The notes beneath the pieces were generated by a model. It was not told the origin of the DNA. It searched no databases and saw only the letters and a program-made list of their open reading frames with translations. 64,000 nt of DNA, taken from the NCBI RefSeq assembly GCF_009914755.1, contig NC_060925.1, one strand, 5' to 3'. A program made the translations under genes and the position numbers. The DNA is from the human T2T-CHM13v2.0 reference genome, Homo sapiens. Position 1 is the first letter of the stretch. Each line of letters opens with the position of its first letter. This document shows positions 14,775-37,181 of this stretch, piece after piece.

Positions 14775-15735
14775 TCATTGCCCTTGGAACACAGTTACCA
14801 TATTATGAGGGAGCTCAGACCGCATGGAGAGGCTATATGTTGGAGGTTCTGGTACTAGCCCCAGCTAGTCTGTCAGCCAAAAGCCAGCAACTACCAGACA
14901 TAAGAGTTATTTAGCCTTCTCAGAATTCCATCCTCTAGTTTTCTAGTCCTTTAGCTGAGGCCTTAGACATCATGGAGCAGAGATAAGCTATCCCTGTTCT
15001 ATCCTTTCTGAATCCCTGACACAAAGAAATTGAGAAAGGTAGTTTTTTTTTGTTGTTGTTGTTTTTTTAAGATGGGTTCTTAAAAAACCCATCTTAAACT
15101 CCAGTACTGTTGTCCAGGCTGGAGTGCATGATCACAGCTTATTGCAGCCTCAACCCTCTGGCCTCAAGCAGTCCTCCCACTTCAGCCTCCAAGTAGCTGG
15201 AACTACAGGTGTGTGCCACCAAGCCTATTTTTTTTTTTTTTTTTGAGATGGTGTCTCGCTGTGATGCCCAGGGTGAAGTGCAGTGGCTCAAGTCTCAGCT
15301 CACTGCAAACTCCACTTCCCGGGTTCAAGCGATTATCCTGCCTCAGTCTCCTGAGTAGCTGGGACTACAGGCACGTGCCACCATGCCTGGCTAATTTTTT
15401 TTTTTGTATTTTAGTAGAGATGAGGTTTCACCATATTGGCCAGGTTGGTCTCAACTCCTGACTTGAAGTGATCCGCCCACCTCAGCCTCCCGAAGTGTTG
15501 GGATTACAGGCATGAGCCACTGTGCCCAGCCAAGTGTAGCTAAATTTTAAATTTTTCGTAGAGACAAGTTCTTGCTGTGTTGCCCAAGTTGGTCTTCAAC
15601 TCCTGGGCTCAAGCAGTTCTCCTGCCTCAGCCTCCCAAAGTGTTGGGATTACAGGCATAAGCCACCACGCCCAGCCTAATAATTGTTTTAAGCCACAGAA
15701 TTTTGGGATAATTTGTTACTAAGAATAGAAAATGA
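14775..15735 (+). mobile_element. MLT1-type MaLR LTR interrupted by Alus
   Basis: gacatcatggagcagagataagc...ctgaatccctgac and ttgttttaagccac...ttttgggataatttgttac. Confidence 0.6.
15042..15675 (-). mobile_element. AluJ with AluS nested in its A-rich linker
   Basis: Outer arms ~15042-15225 and ~15535-15675; inner Alu ~15228-15530. Confidence 0.85.
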
Positions 15736-16368
15736 ATACCCCAGGCATCATTATGCTTATGTTATGATTTGGCTTGTTTTATAACTTTTCCTATGGGAAC
15801 ACATAATCAGAATATTCTAATATAGTATATGGGGAATAGTTTCTCATCCTGAATTAATAAATTAGTATTTATTACTGTCTTATGAGCTTGGAGAATTTGT
15901 ATTTGTATTATGTATGATTTTTAAAAACATACCTGAGTTTGTAAGGCAGAGGAATAGACTCAGACATTGAAAATTCATCATGAACACTATGCTTCTTGGG
16001 AAACTGGACTTACTGTCTATTGAGAGTGTACTAACATCCCTGTGTGGTTGAGAATGAGGTTTCATTTTCCATGACATTTCTGTAGTCAGATATATATTAC
16101 ACAGAGTTATAACACCCAAACTTGTCTTAAAGACCTCTTAATTTAGTTGTACAGTCTTCCTAAGTAGGTTTCATAAATCGACATTAAAGAACATAATGTA
16201 AAACTTCTTTGCAACATTTTCCTAAAGATTCTAATTTACTTCGAAAAATTCTCACAAAGTTTGCTAATATTGAATGAGTCATTGAAATAAGCCAGGCTAT
16301 ATACTCAACTATGTAGATTTTATTATTTCTCTGATATTTTAATTTTATGTAAATATGAAGTATACATA

Positions 16369-17095
16369 CAAGTACATCTCATTGTATTGTGCTTCACTGT
16401 ATTGCATTTCCCAGATATTGTGTGTTTTATTTTTTTAAAACAAATGGAAGGTTTTTGGCAAACCTGCATTGAGCAAGTCTGTTGGTCCCATTTTTCCAAT
16501 AGCATGTGCTCGCTTTGTGTCTCTGTGTCACATTTTGGAGATTCTCTCAATATATATCTGTTATGATCGCCTCCAATTAGTGATCTTTAATGTTACTATT
16601 GTAATTGTTTTGGGGCATCATGAACCATAGCCATATAAGATGTCACACTTAATCAGTAGGTGTTGTTTGTGTTCTGATGGCTCCACCAACTGGCCATTTC
16701 CTGGTCTTTCTTCCTCTCCTTGGGCCTCCCTATTCCCTGAGACACAACAAAATTGAGATTAGGCCAATTAAATACCTCTGCAATGGCTGCTAAGTGTTGA
16801 AGTGAAAGGAAGAGTCTCACACCTCACTTTAAATCAGAAGCTAGAAATGATTAAGCTTAGTGAGGAAGGCATGTTGAAAGCTGTGATTGGCCAAAAGCTA
16901 GGCCTCTTGTACCAAACAGCCAAGTTGTGAATGCAAAGGAAGAGCTCTTGAAGGACATTAAAAGTGCTACTCCAGTGACCGCATGAATGATAGGAAAGCA
17001 AAACAGCCTTATTGTTGATTTGGAGAAAGTTTGAGTGGTCTGAATAGAAGATCAAACAGCCATAACATTTCCTTAAGCCAAAGCCTAATCCAGAA
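16369..17095 (+). mobile_element. Tigger1 5' fragment including decayed transposase start
   Basis: ATGGCTGCTAAGTGTTGAAGTGAAAGGAAGAGT...AATCAGAAGCTAGAAATGATTAAGCTTAGTGAGGAAGGCATG matches the Tigger1 ORF start. Confidence 0.85.
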
Positions 17096-17254
17096 CATGT
17101 CTAAAAATGCCCTTCCTGAACCTCTGTACTTAATTGATAGTTGACTAGTTACAGAGTTCTAGACTGGCATTAGAATTCTAATAGGATAGCCCCATTATCT
17201 TCTGGCATGACTTCTGCTGATAAGAAATTCCATGGATATTTAACCTTTGTGGGT

Positions 17255-17257
<3 letters not shown>

Positions 17258-17293
<36 letters not shown>
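17258..17293. repeat. Poly-T tract (36 nt)
   Basis: Direct observation. Confidence 0.95.
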
Positions 17294-17296
<3 letters not shown>

Positions 17297-18187
17297 CTGA
17301 AAGCTTTTATTCTTCTCTCCTGGGCATCTGAATTTTCAGTAATGTGCTAAATTATCCCTTTGGGATCATGTATTTCTCTGTATTTGGTTTTATGTCATGT
17401 TGCAGTCTCTGGCGATCCTTTATTTTCCATTAATATGTATGGATAAACAAAAAATTACTGTAAGAGTTGGTTGGGGCTTATTGATTATCTGGTTTTGTTT
17501 AGAGTAATTGGTTAGGGATCTAGTTACATGCTGGAATGTAGGAACCTCCTCTGGCACTGTTCAGTTTCTTTAGGGAAGAACCTTCTAATTTTCTTTTGTC
17601 TGAAGCGTGAATGCTTGACTGTCTTTTGGAGTGGGATGGTAGACTCTTCAGCAAGTCCAGACTTTTATTTAATCCCCCATTTCAGTTCATGTCTTAATCC
17701 TTTCCACTGTTTCACTAGATATTTCTTAATCTTGAACTAATCTGAAGTTCTGTAGGACCCTTGCCTGTATTCCCCCTTTTTATTCTAGGACTTGACTTCC
17801 TCTTAGTTTTGCCAGTTACCACTTCTCTACCTACTTTGAGTTTTCGCTGAAATTTGTTGAAGTCTCTTGCCTATGGGCCTATTTTTCTGTTCTCTGTTAT
17901 TGTGGGTTTTTATCTCTTTTTTTTGGTGGGGGGTCTACTCTCATTTTAGAGGGAAGGGGAGAAAAACAAAATTGCCATTTTTAACTGATATGTACTGTGA
18001 ATCTCTAATGGGTAACGATTTAGAATACAGCTTTTAAAGGAACATTTGATATTTCAAAAACAGTATTCTCATACTTGTTCACCTTACATTCTAGGTGGTT
18101 TAAATCCCAGCTTCAGTACAAATTTGCTTTATGATCTTGGGCATGCTGTGTAGTGTGGGATCCTGAAGTACTTCACATACTGTAAAG

Positions 18188-18382
18188 CAGTGGTTTTCAA
18201 ACTCGTTTTCACTGCAGACTATAGTGAGAAACACATTTTACTTCATAACTTACATACTTCCATGACATAATATCCTTACGTGCAATACACTCTGATTTTT
18301 TTTTTTTAAACTCTTGATTGTGACCCACTAACTTGATCTTACTGCCCACCAATGGCGTGCAACCTACACTTTGAAAAACAGT
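18188..18382. mobile_element. Degenerate hAT-Charlie type DNA transposon fragment
   Basis: cagtggttttcaaac...tttgaaaaacag terminal inverted repeats. Confidence 0.5.
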
Positions 18383-18417
18383 ATACTAGAGCAGTATTTC
18401 TTAAAAGTGTGAGCCAG

Positions 18418-18680
<263 letters not shown>

Positions 18681-19352
18681 AGTGTGAGCCAAATATATTT
18701 TCAAGTTGAGTATTGAAAAAGACGTAAGAATTTGGGAAAAACCTAGCGGGGCTTTTGTGAGTTTTAAAAGGTATGTTAATAATCCTCCAAAGATGAAATT
18801 GTGCCTTTCCCTAGAGTTATCTTGAGTCACCCTTGGCCCTTGGCTTGAGGCCATGCAGGGATTTTTACAGTGTTGAGAATTATCTTTAGTGAGATCAAGT
18901 GGCAGTCATAATAAATTGAAGTACAGTTTAAAATGTGCTTTAAAAACACATCTTTTAGTCAAATTTAAATTAATTATGTATTTAGCAAAGCAAGGCATAT
19001 CTGTTTTTTTTTTTAAGGTAATTCCTAGATTGTGCAGTTTGTTGTACCTTTCATAATATTCATGCAGAGCTTTTTATATTGTGGATTTAGTGATATTTTC
19101 TAGAAGAATGCTGCTTTTAAATTTTTTTATTTTTTATTTTTGGAAGAATGCTTTTAGTAAATCCTTAGCTCTGATGCTGAAGAGATGACTACAAGTTGAT
19201 ACTGCAGGTTATTACATATATTAAGTGCATAGTCAAATTTCCTTGAGGCAACAAAAAGACTTAAGGCATTTGAAATTGTTAAATATGGTATACCATGATA
19301 GTAGATAGTAGTCTGAATTGCTCCTTGGTTAATACTTGGGAAGATCAAAATA

Positions 19353-19682
19353 CAGTTGGCCCTCCATATCTGTGGGTTCCACATCTGTGGATTCAACCAA
19401 CCTTGGATCAAAAATACTCCAGGGAAGGGAGGAAGAATCTATACAGACTATGTAGAGACTTTTTTTTCAGGTCATTATTCCTTAAATAATATAACAACTG
19501 TTTACATAGCATTTACATTGTATTAGGTATAAGTAATATAGACATGATTTAAAGTATACAGGAGGCTATGCATAGGTTAATGCAAATACTAGACCATTTT
19601 ACATAAGGGACTTGAGCATCCTCAGATTTTTGTATCTGGGGGAGTCCAGGAACTTGTCCCCATGGATAATGCAGATCAACTG
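19353..19682. mobile_element. MER2 DNA transposon MITE
   Basis: TA|CAGTTGGCCCTCCATATCTGTGGGTTCCACATCTGTGGATTCAACCAAC...CAACTG|TA. Confidence 0.8.
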
Positions 19683-20297
19683 TATACTTATAAATTTATG
19701 TGTAGGACATTCTCTTCATTTAAATAGAGGTCACTAGGACCTTAAATACTCATCTCTTATTTACTCATTTATTTATACATTTTGGAAGAAATCAGCATCC
19801 ATTTGAAACAGATATATGTCATCAGTTCAAGAAAACCTGGTTAAAATTGCCCCAACAAAAACTTGGACCTCTTGTAATAATTAAATTCAGAGTGACTGAG
19901 CAAACTACTGTGTTGTAGTACTCAGGGCATGATCCAAAAGGTACCTTGTCAGCCACAACTCTAGTTGCTGATGATGCAGTGCTATAAGGTGTTGTGAATT
20001 TTTCCTGTGAACTTGTTTGTTTCTAAAGATGTTTTCATTTTTAAACCTTTAAGTGAAATTCTGATAGAAAATATCAGCATCTCTTGCAGGGAGAATGCCA
20101 GGTGAGCAAGTTGTCACCGTAGGAATCAGAATGGACGTTATCATCCGTAGTGAGAATGGCAAATGGATAATCAACATCAGCCCAATTGCCAGACTAAAAC
20201 ATCATTATGACAGACTTCATTTGCAAGAATTCTTAAAACGGAGAAGCTGAAGAATAAAGTGGCCAGTGCAGATATTGTCTGTGCTTTTTACATTTAA

Positions 20298-22972
<2,675 letters not shown>

Positions 22973-23344
22973 TTCTTACAGATTGTTACTCATGTTTATA
23001 AAATATAGCAAGAAGACAGGCTGATCTTTTTTCAACCTATTTATATTTTCTGCTCTTTTTTCTTACGAGAAAATTCAGTGTTACTCTTTCACAAATGTAC
23101 CAGAGTTGGGACATATTAATTACATCTACAAATGCAAAATATTTCATAATTTTTTAAATAATGAAAACCATGATTACCATCTTTTGTTACAGGATAACTA
23201 CTATAAAAATGTTTTTGACCTATATAAAAATGTTGCATGTCTTGAACCTACAAGTAGGCCAGCCAGCAGTACATGACAGCAGCTTCGCTTCTCTCATTTA
23301 ACCGTTTACAGTATGGCCTACTCTTCACAACTGTTTTACCTTAG

Positions 23345-23769
<425 letters not shown>

Positions 23770-24475
23770 CTCATTTCATTTTTAATTTTTCTGTTTATAT
23801 TTAATCTTGTAAGCACTCTTGAATTACTTTTGATTCCAGATTGTGTGGAGAATAGTCAGTATATATGTGGTAAATATATACTGTGGTTGTACCTTTTCCA
23901 TTTTGCCTGATAGCATTACTTTCTGTGTTCTGTATCTGGCCTTCTCAACTTGCTTCTAATCTTTTGAAGACAGGAAATCATCTCTCAGAATTCGCTTCAA
24001 AGGATTGTGTGAAATTAGTGCATATAAAACACTTAGAATTGTCTTTGGAATGAAGTACTAACGTTAGCAGTAGTACTGTATTTTAATATGTAGCACAGCA
24101 GACTGCTCAATAGACATTATATACTTAATGGGTAGGGTTTATTAGGAAAAGATCTTTCTATATCATAATACCTAAAAATAATCAAGAATTGGAAACTTCT
24201 GTTTTAACCCAGAGCCAATGGAGTTGTAACATTAACTGCTTCTAAATACTTCTAATGTTTGGGAAAATTCAGATGTGACCTATCCCACCCAAGCATTATG
24301 TAATGCTGGGATATAGTTCTGGGGGAGAAAAAACAAAAACAAATTTAAATGCATCTTTTAGGCTAAGAAATGGATTACTGAATGGATAAGCTATGAAAAA
24401 CATTAATTTCTTTCTAGAGGAGACCCAGGAGTTAGGTGCCCAGAGAAAGTCTTTTTTAAAAAATGTGTAACATGG

Positions 24476-25090
<615 letters not shown>

Positions 25091-25240
25091 TATTTTCCAA
25101 TCCTGAAAGTCATTTTGTGTCTTCTTTTTTGCTGGCCACAGGCTACTTAGCCTGTAGTGTTAGAAAAACATACTTTCCATTTGTATTTCACCTTGAAATA
25201 TATGCACTCATCTTCATGATTGTTATCTCAATCCATTTAA

Positions 25241-25587
<347 letters not shown>

Positions 25588-26967
25588 ATGATTAATTCTT
25601 AAACATAGCCATGTTGTAATAATTCATTATTTATGTCGCTGTTGATATCCAGCACCAATTTTGAACTTCTCCTTGTTCAGTAGACTGTATTTCAGTGCAG
25701 TATCTTATTCTTCAAATTCAGAGTTTTTTCAAGCATCAAATAAATATTTATTAACTCCTTATATACCCTACCCTAGATAAAAAAGAAATAAAAAGGAAAC
25801 CCTGCTCAGTGAATAATCCTTCCCCTTGAGGAGCCTGAAATCTTTTGGTGGTTGATGAAAGAAACATCTGTTGAATATAGGCCTAAAGATAATGGGTACT
25901 CAAATACGTAATTGAAGTTGTGAACACTATAGATCATGAGAGATGGGAGAGATCATTGTATCCTGACCTACCTAAGGGAAATTTTGTGGAGAACGTGAGA
26001 TTAAGTTTGTTCTTAAAGGGCAAGTAGGATATGGAAAGATAGGGGAGGAAATCTAGTGAAGTATTTCAGGTAGGGAAAAGACTTTGAACAAAGACACGGC
26101 CTTCAGAGAATAAGAGGGCTGGTTTCATTCACATTGAGGAGGTGGTAGTGGGAGGAAGGAGAGAATAGGACTGGCGGTATAAGGTGATCACATAATTGAA
26201 GTGGGATCTTGTGTGAGTTTGTATTACTATTAGCGTTAGGGAAAAAGGGCTAAAATATATCTTAAAACTCTTTTAGAACGCAGCCTCTCAAGATATGGCA
26301 ACTGTTTCACCAAGTCATCATTATGGAATTTATATTAATTATAAAGATATATATTATAAAATAAAGCCATATATTAGGGATATAGATATCTTTGAAAATA
26401 GATAACTGTATAAAGATATTACTGAATAACTGAGAGAACTATGGGGATTTCCTGTACACTATGGATTGAGAAGGATTCTTATAGCCCACATAGTCAACAT
26501 GTATCTCGTTTAGTGTGTAGTACATACATAAGCAGAGGTGTCCATCTTCTAATTTTCAAACTAAGTACCAATATCAAGCAGACATCTTTTTGTTAGTTGA
26601 AATAAATTATTAGCAGACATCATTTATTAATGAAAATTAAATGCACATAACCATTTTAACTTTAAGGGTAAAAAGCCCCAGAAGATTTAAGAAAAGGGCC
26701 ATTCAAGATACAACTGATTTTACAGAGAAGAAGCAGATTCTGCTTAGAATGACTAATGGCCATTTTGGGATTAAAAAAAGGTAGTAAACATAAGACTGCT
26801 GGTTATGTGTAGCATGTATGTTGGCTAGTGGTTCATTTTCACCCCCAATAGAATGAATTTTAATTCTGGGATAAAGATAACTGTTTAGCATATTACTTAG
26901 TATTAAAAATAGTTGCAAATTCAATGTTTTTTTTTTTTTTAAGGATACATAAAAATATTCCCACTTA

Positions 26968-27300
<333 letters not shown>

Positions 27301-28084
27301 TCAAAAACTTTACCAAATTGGTAGTAAAAAATGTCATATATGTCAATATTACATGGATTCTGAATGCCAATCTTAGGCTTATAGACTTTAACCTTCATAA
27401 AGCAGAGAGTCATTATTGATTCTGGAACAGGAAATGTTAATACAAGTTCTTTGTAAGTGTGGAGCTATCTTATTTTACTGGCATAGCCACAAATGAACTG
27501 CAGCAAATTCAAGTCTTCATATTTTTACTTCAAAAATCATGTGACTTTTGCTGTTCTTTGTAATATATCCACATTTGTTTTATTGTAAAATTATTTAATA
27601 ATAATTGATCAATGAAAAGAATGTGCCTTATGTCTTGTGACTTTGTGTGAGCATGCTTAGAATACCTGACCTACTACGGTTCAGCAGTACCTTATCTAAA
27701 TCAGCTTTTTTAAGGACAGCAACTTGAATATAATTGAAAGGTAATTTTACTAGCTTCCTGCCCTGGAGTAATTATGAAGCATAGGCATTCTTGATTAGGT
27801 TATCATCTTTATGAAGATTTCTGCCTGTATCTTTATATAAAGTATGTACTGGTTTTGAATAGAGGCATAGTTTTGTATATTATGAGATAAATATCAGAGT
27901 TGAATATGATTTTTAAAATTTACTTTCAGAAGTTCAGTAAACTTAAGTGATTGAACTAATTGAATTCCTTGTTTATAGAATGAAAGTTCGGAAGTGAAGT
28001 TTTATGGTTTTGAAGGTTAGAAACAAAAGGATTTGACATTTGTTAGAATCAAATCAATACAGTGTGTCCATATTTTTGTAATAA

Positions 28085-28798
<714 letters not shown>

Positions 28799-29818
28799 GT
28801 TGGTTCCTGCTTTTAGTTGAGGGGTGCTGAGTATGTAAAATATAATTGCTGTAAAGCACAGTAAATACTATAACAGAGATATGCACCTAAAACACATTTG
28901 GGTAAAAGTGGATAAACCAACCAATTTAGCTTCAGTACCATAAGGAAAGCTTCTGAAAACTGTACTCCAGCCCAGGCGACAGAGCAAGAGTTTGTCTCAA
29001 AAAAATAAAAATTAAAAAAAAAGAAGGGACTTACGCTGAAACTTTGTAAGTAGGTAGTGTTCCCAGGGTGGGAATGTGGGAAGAAGGGCATTCCAGACAG
29101 AGGAAACATTGTGTAATCTTCAGGGAACTACAGAGAGTATGGTTTAACCAAAATGAAGAGGCATGTTGGAAAGGGTTGAGAGATGACTCTTGACAGTAGA
29201 CAGCTGTACTTTGTATACAGCCGAGAGGAGTTTGAACTTTATTATTTAATTATTGGAGTATCATTGAAAAACATGGAACTTGAACACACCGATTCTCATT
29301 TTGGCAAGATTTTGAGGTTGTTTGGAGGGTAAGTCAGGAGTGGTAATGGTTATGGGACCAGATAAGAGGAGCAATTAGCATATCATTGCTGTAGTCCAGA
29401 TGAGGCATGGTGAGAGTCTGAAATGGCAGCGGGAATGACAAGAATAGATTTCAAATATGTTAAAGACGCCGAATCAGTAACATTTAATGATTAGCTGGGT
29501 ATGGTGGCACATAATCTCCACTACTCTGGAGGCTGAGGCAGGAGGATCACATGAGCCTAGGAGTTTGAGTCTATCTTGGGCAATGTAGCAAGACCATATT
29601 TCTTTAAAAAAATTTTTTTAATGATTGATTGTGAGTAATGAGGGAGAGAGAAGAGTCCAGTATAAATCCCTGAATGATGGGGTTATAGATGGGCACATTT
29701 CTCACTAGATTTTTGGAAGAAGTTTTACATATGTGAATAGCTTCTACAAAATTAATAAATATATAAAAGTAACTTCTGAGTAGGTTATTTCTAAGTTTTT
29801 CTTTATTTTTATTTATAG

Positions 29819-30015
29819 ATGCCACTTCAAATGAACAACAAGAGCTTTTCTGTCAGAAGTTGCAGCAGTGTTGTATACTGTTTGATTTCATGGACTCTGT
29901 TTCAGACTTGAAGAGCAAAGAAATTAAAAGAGCAACACTGAATGAACTGGTTGAGTATGTTTCAACTAATCGTGGTGTAATTGTTGAATCAGCGTATTCT
30001 GATATAGTAAAAATG
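29819..30015 (+). CDS. PPP2R5A: PPP2R5A exon 2 (197 nt) [19 protein letters not shown]...AYSDIVKM
   Basis: tttatttatag|AT...AAAATG|gtaagc; open frame. Confidence 0.97.
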
Positions 30016-30325
30016 GTAAGCCTCTAGAATTATGTTCCTCAGATTTATGTAAATTTAAGATCTGAGGTATAATAATGAATTGAGACTGATTTTAAATAAA
30101 TGTACAATAATTAATACATCCCCCAAATTTTAGAAAATAGTTCATACCCCATCCATTCCAATGATACCATCATTGCATATACAAGTTTGGGAATTGAGAG
30201 TCATAGTGGCTGGTGGCTTCCATATTGGATAGTGCAGATCTAGAGCTTAAGAGAAGGGTTTAGGCCTGGGATTATACAGATTGATAGGTAATTAATGTCA
30301 TGGAGGTGAATAGTTACTGAGAACT

Positions 30326-30627
30326 TTTATTTTTATTTATTTATTTTTGAGACGGAGTCTTGCTGTGTAGCCCAGGCTGGAGTGCAGTGGTGCGATCTTG
30401 GCTCACTGCAACCTCTGCCTCCCAGTTTCAAGCAGTTCTCTGCCTCAGCCTCCCGAGTAGCTGGGATTACAGGTGCCCACGACCACGCCCAGCCAATTTT
30501 TGTATCTTCAGTAGAGATGGGGTTTCACCATCTTGGCCAGGCTGGTCTTGAACTCCTGACATGGTGATCCACCTGCCGCGGCCTCTGAAAATGCTGGGAT
30601 TATAGGCGTGAGCCACCGCACCCGGCC
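30326..30627 (-). mobile_element. AluS
   Basis: TSD ttact(g/a)agaactt. Confidence 0.92.
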
Positions 30628-30926
30628 ATTACTAAGAACTTGTAAAGGGGAAAGGGAAGACCAATGAAAGACTAGGGATCTCCACATTTAAGCAGTGGGT
30701 AAGGGAGTCAGGTATAACGCTTTAATTGAAAGTCAGGATCTTTAAGAAGTTATAATATCTGATGTGGAAAAAAAACTGCAGCCAACTTTATTGAAGTAAG
30801 GTTGTTTAGGATGCTTGCTGTTTATTAATAATTCAACCTTATTTTCTATCAAACAGTATGATTTTGTTTAGTATTTGTGATTTTTTAATTTTATTTTATT
30901 GTATACTAACAAAATATAAAAATTCA

Positions 30927-31245
30927 GGCCAGTGCAGTGGCTCGCTTATGCTTGTAAACCCCAGCACTTTGGGAGGCTGAGGTGGGAGAATCACTTGAGG
31001 CCAAGAGTTCAAGACCAGCCTGGCCAGCATAGCAAGGACCCATCTCTACAAAAAGTACTAAAAATAAAAATAAAAATATTAGCTAGGCATGGTGGCATGA
31101 GCCTTTAGTAAAGGCCCAGCTACTCAGGAGGCTGAGGTGAGAGGATCGCTTGAGCCCAGGAGTTCAAGACTGAAGTGAGCCATGATCACCACTGCATTCC
31201 AGCCTGGGTTGACAGAGGAACACCTTGTCTCAAAAAAAAAAAAAA
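30927..31245 (+). mobile_element. AluJ
   Basis: gaggatcgcttgagcccaggag J-type right arm. Confidence 0.9.
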
Positions 31246-31483
31246 GTAAAAAAATCCAGTTGGACTAATTAGAGAGTCGCTGAGTACATAATTTAAACTT
31301 AGAGTATTGAAGCTAAAAGCAAATATAAATATAACCTACAGTTGCCTTCATTTCTTTCCCCTTGCCTAATATATGTTCTTGGGGAAGAACCAAATGTGTA
31401 GTAGGAAATATAAGTTTGGCCCTACTATAGTAGTTGGGTTTCCTTTTATCAATCTGTAGTATAAGACCTCTCAAAAGGAATTA

Positions 31484-32154
<671 letters not shown>

Positions 32155-33484
32155 CAAAAAAATTTAAAGATTAGCTATAGAGAGAACATTAATCAAAATG
32201 AAATTGGCTTAAACTCCTACAGACAATAAAAGGAAGTGATAGTTTGAGAACATAAATACTAAATATTGATGGACTTCTTCAAGTTTTTTTTATCATTTAA
32301 AAAGTTCAGGGAGAAAAAGCAGTATTTCCTACTGTTACTGATTTCAAATGGCTTATATTCAGGAATTTTTAAAGTCCTGGGAATTAATCTCTAAAATTGT
32401 TGACAGATACTGAAAGTCTCAAATATTTGAGTCAAATTTGCTATATACTAATAAATTATGGGATTTAATTTCTTTGCCCAAGTAAAAAGGTGTGTGTTTG
32501 TTGTTGCTTTCTTAAATATTTTATTTTGATTTCTGTGGGCACATAGTAGGTATATATTGTTGGTTTCTTAAAAATTTATGAGTACTTAATTTAATATCTA
32601 AGTAATACTTGAGTCATCTTACCAATTTAGACTCTTGAAGCTCTTCTGAATATTTGTTATATACAGTTAATTTTATTAGTGGCTACAAGGTTAACTTTTT
32701 CTTTTACTACTGACAATAATAAGTATGATCTCAAGGACAAATTCTACGCTCTTGTGAGATAGATTTCTTTTCAAATTGTATCGATGGCTTGCTGCTACTC
32801 TTTGTGAAATTGATGTCCATCAAACTGTTTATTGGCTTTGCCCTCAAGTACTGACTTTGAGTTCTGGCTGATCAAATTTTAGGTTATTACTTATTAAGTC
32901 TTAACGGTTACAGTAATTGACTATTAGCAGTTAATTTGTGTACCAAAGATGCCACTTCATAAGAATAGTTGGGAATTTGCTTGCAATTCCTTGTCTTGTC
33001 CTCTACCTCTGGAATAGTTTGTCTCAAAATGATCAACCCCTTAGTAGTTGGGCCTTAAATGTTTATTAAACTACTTAGTCTGTCAGTCTGTTCATTATTC
33101 TTAAAAAAATTGTAGATTAGGACCACAGTCTATCCTTTGCTAGAGAAAAAGGATATATATTTACCTTAGTACTAAGATAATGCAAAGCATGAAATTATAA
33201 ATACTTTATTTCACTGGATCTAAAATGAAGCACATCCTGATTTCAGGGTGGTTAATATGTTTTTTAAAAGTCTCAAAGTAGATGAAATACAGTAAATTAA
33301 ATCATCAAAAGGTATTATAAACACATTTATATTAACAGTGAAGGCATTCTACCCTCACTCACCTCTTCCTTAGTGTGGTATGTATGTATAAGAATGGAGA
33401 GATTTTACCAAACTCTGAGTTATAAGGCAAGTATAGAATATGGCCATGTTGGAATATGGGAGGAATTATAGAAAGGTGAAATGA

Positions 33485-33886
<402 letters not shown>

Positions 33887-34181
33887 CCCCTCTTTCTTTT
33901 TAAGCAAAATTCGGAAAGAACAATTTATAATTTAAAGAAGATGAATCCAGAGGTTATCTGTAATCTTCAGGAGCTTAGGTCTGAGGAAGTCAGAGTTATT
34001 GGATAGAGAAAAGAGAGAAACAAACACCTGCTTTCTTTGTATCTTGAAGAGGTTTACAGATTTTGAACTAAGCTTACAGCTATAACTTTTTTCTGAAAGT
34101 GATCTTTAAAATACTTCGTTTTGAATTGTCCAATTCAATTACACATACAACAACGAACGTAAAATTATTTTTTCTTTACAG

Positions 34182-34283
34182 ATCAGTGCTAACATCTTCC
34201 GTACACTTCCTCCAAGTGATAATCCAGATTTTGATCCAGAAGAGGATGAACCCACGCTTGAGGCCTCTTGGCCTCACATACAG
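34182..34283 (+). CDS. PPP2R5A: PPP2R5A exon 3 (102 nt) [34 protein letters not shown]
   Basis: tttctttacag|ATC...CAG|gtatgg. Confidence 0.97.
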
Positions 34284-34439
34284 GTATGGAACATAATTAC
34301 GTATTGGCAGTTTTTATATTTATGCTATTCTGCAGAAATCATGGTTTTCTCATTTAGATTCTGAGTGTCTGTGTAAAATATTTGACTTTTATGGTTTTAT
34401 TAACATTATCTTCTTTCATGCAAGTACTGTTTTTCAATG

Positions 34440-36180
<1,741 letters not shown>

Positions 36181-36785
36181 GATGAGAGAAAGAAAATTAC
36201 ATTCTATGTCGTTTGGGATACTTTATGCAATAGTCTGCCTCATTATTTATTAATTTATTCATTCTGTGTAGCACCTATACATCCAAATAAAATGGAGCGG
36301 TGTCCTAGGATTAGTGAAAGCTGATAATGGTTTTAAGATCTTTCAGCACATTAGAGCTTACAGAACTAGAAAAATCCTAAGTGGTAAATTATTTTTTAAT
36401 AGAACTGTACACAAGTTTATCTGAAATTTTGTTCCATAGTTGGTGTAAAATTAATAATGCTGTATATGAAATGTAAAGGTTTTACATATTCTCATTAGCT
36501 GATAAGTTGATAAGCTGATAATGAAAAATTCTCATTAGCTGATTTTTTAATCAGATGTAGTTGAACAGTCTGAAAAAGACCCCTTGGTCTTTGAATTTTT
36601 AAAAGTAAAGAAAGTGTTTTCATTAGAATATATTTATATGCTCATGGAAAGTAACAGTGGAAATTGAGCCAAGTAGACAATATGCTTTCCATTTTTAACT
36701 GGTATGATTTGAGGTTTTATTTAAATTCCCTGAAACCAGTGGTTCTTAACATTTTAGGAGGTGGTAAGTTGCTTTCAAAATATGA

Positions 36786-37181
<396 letters not shown>

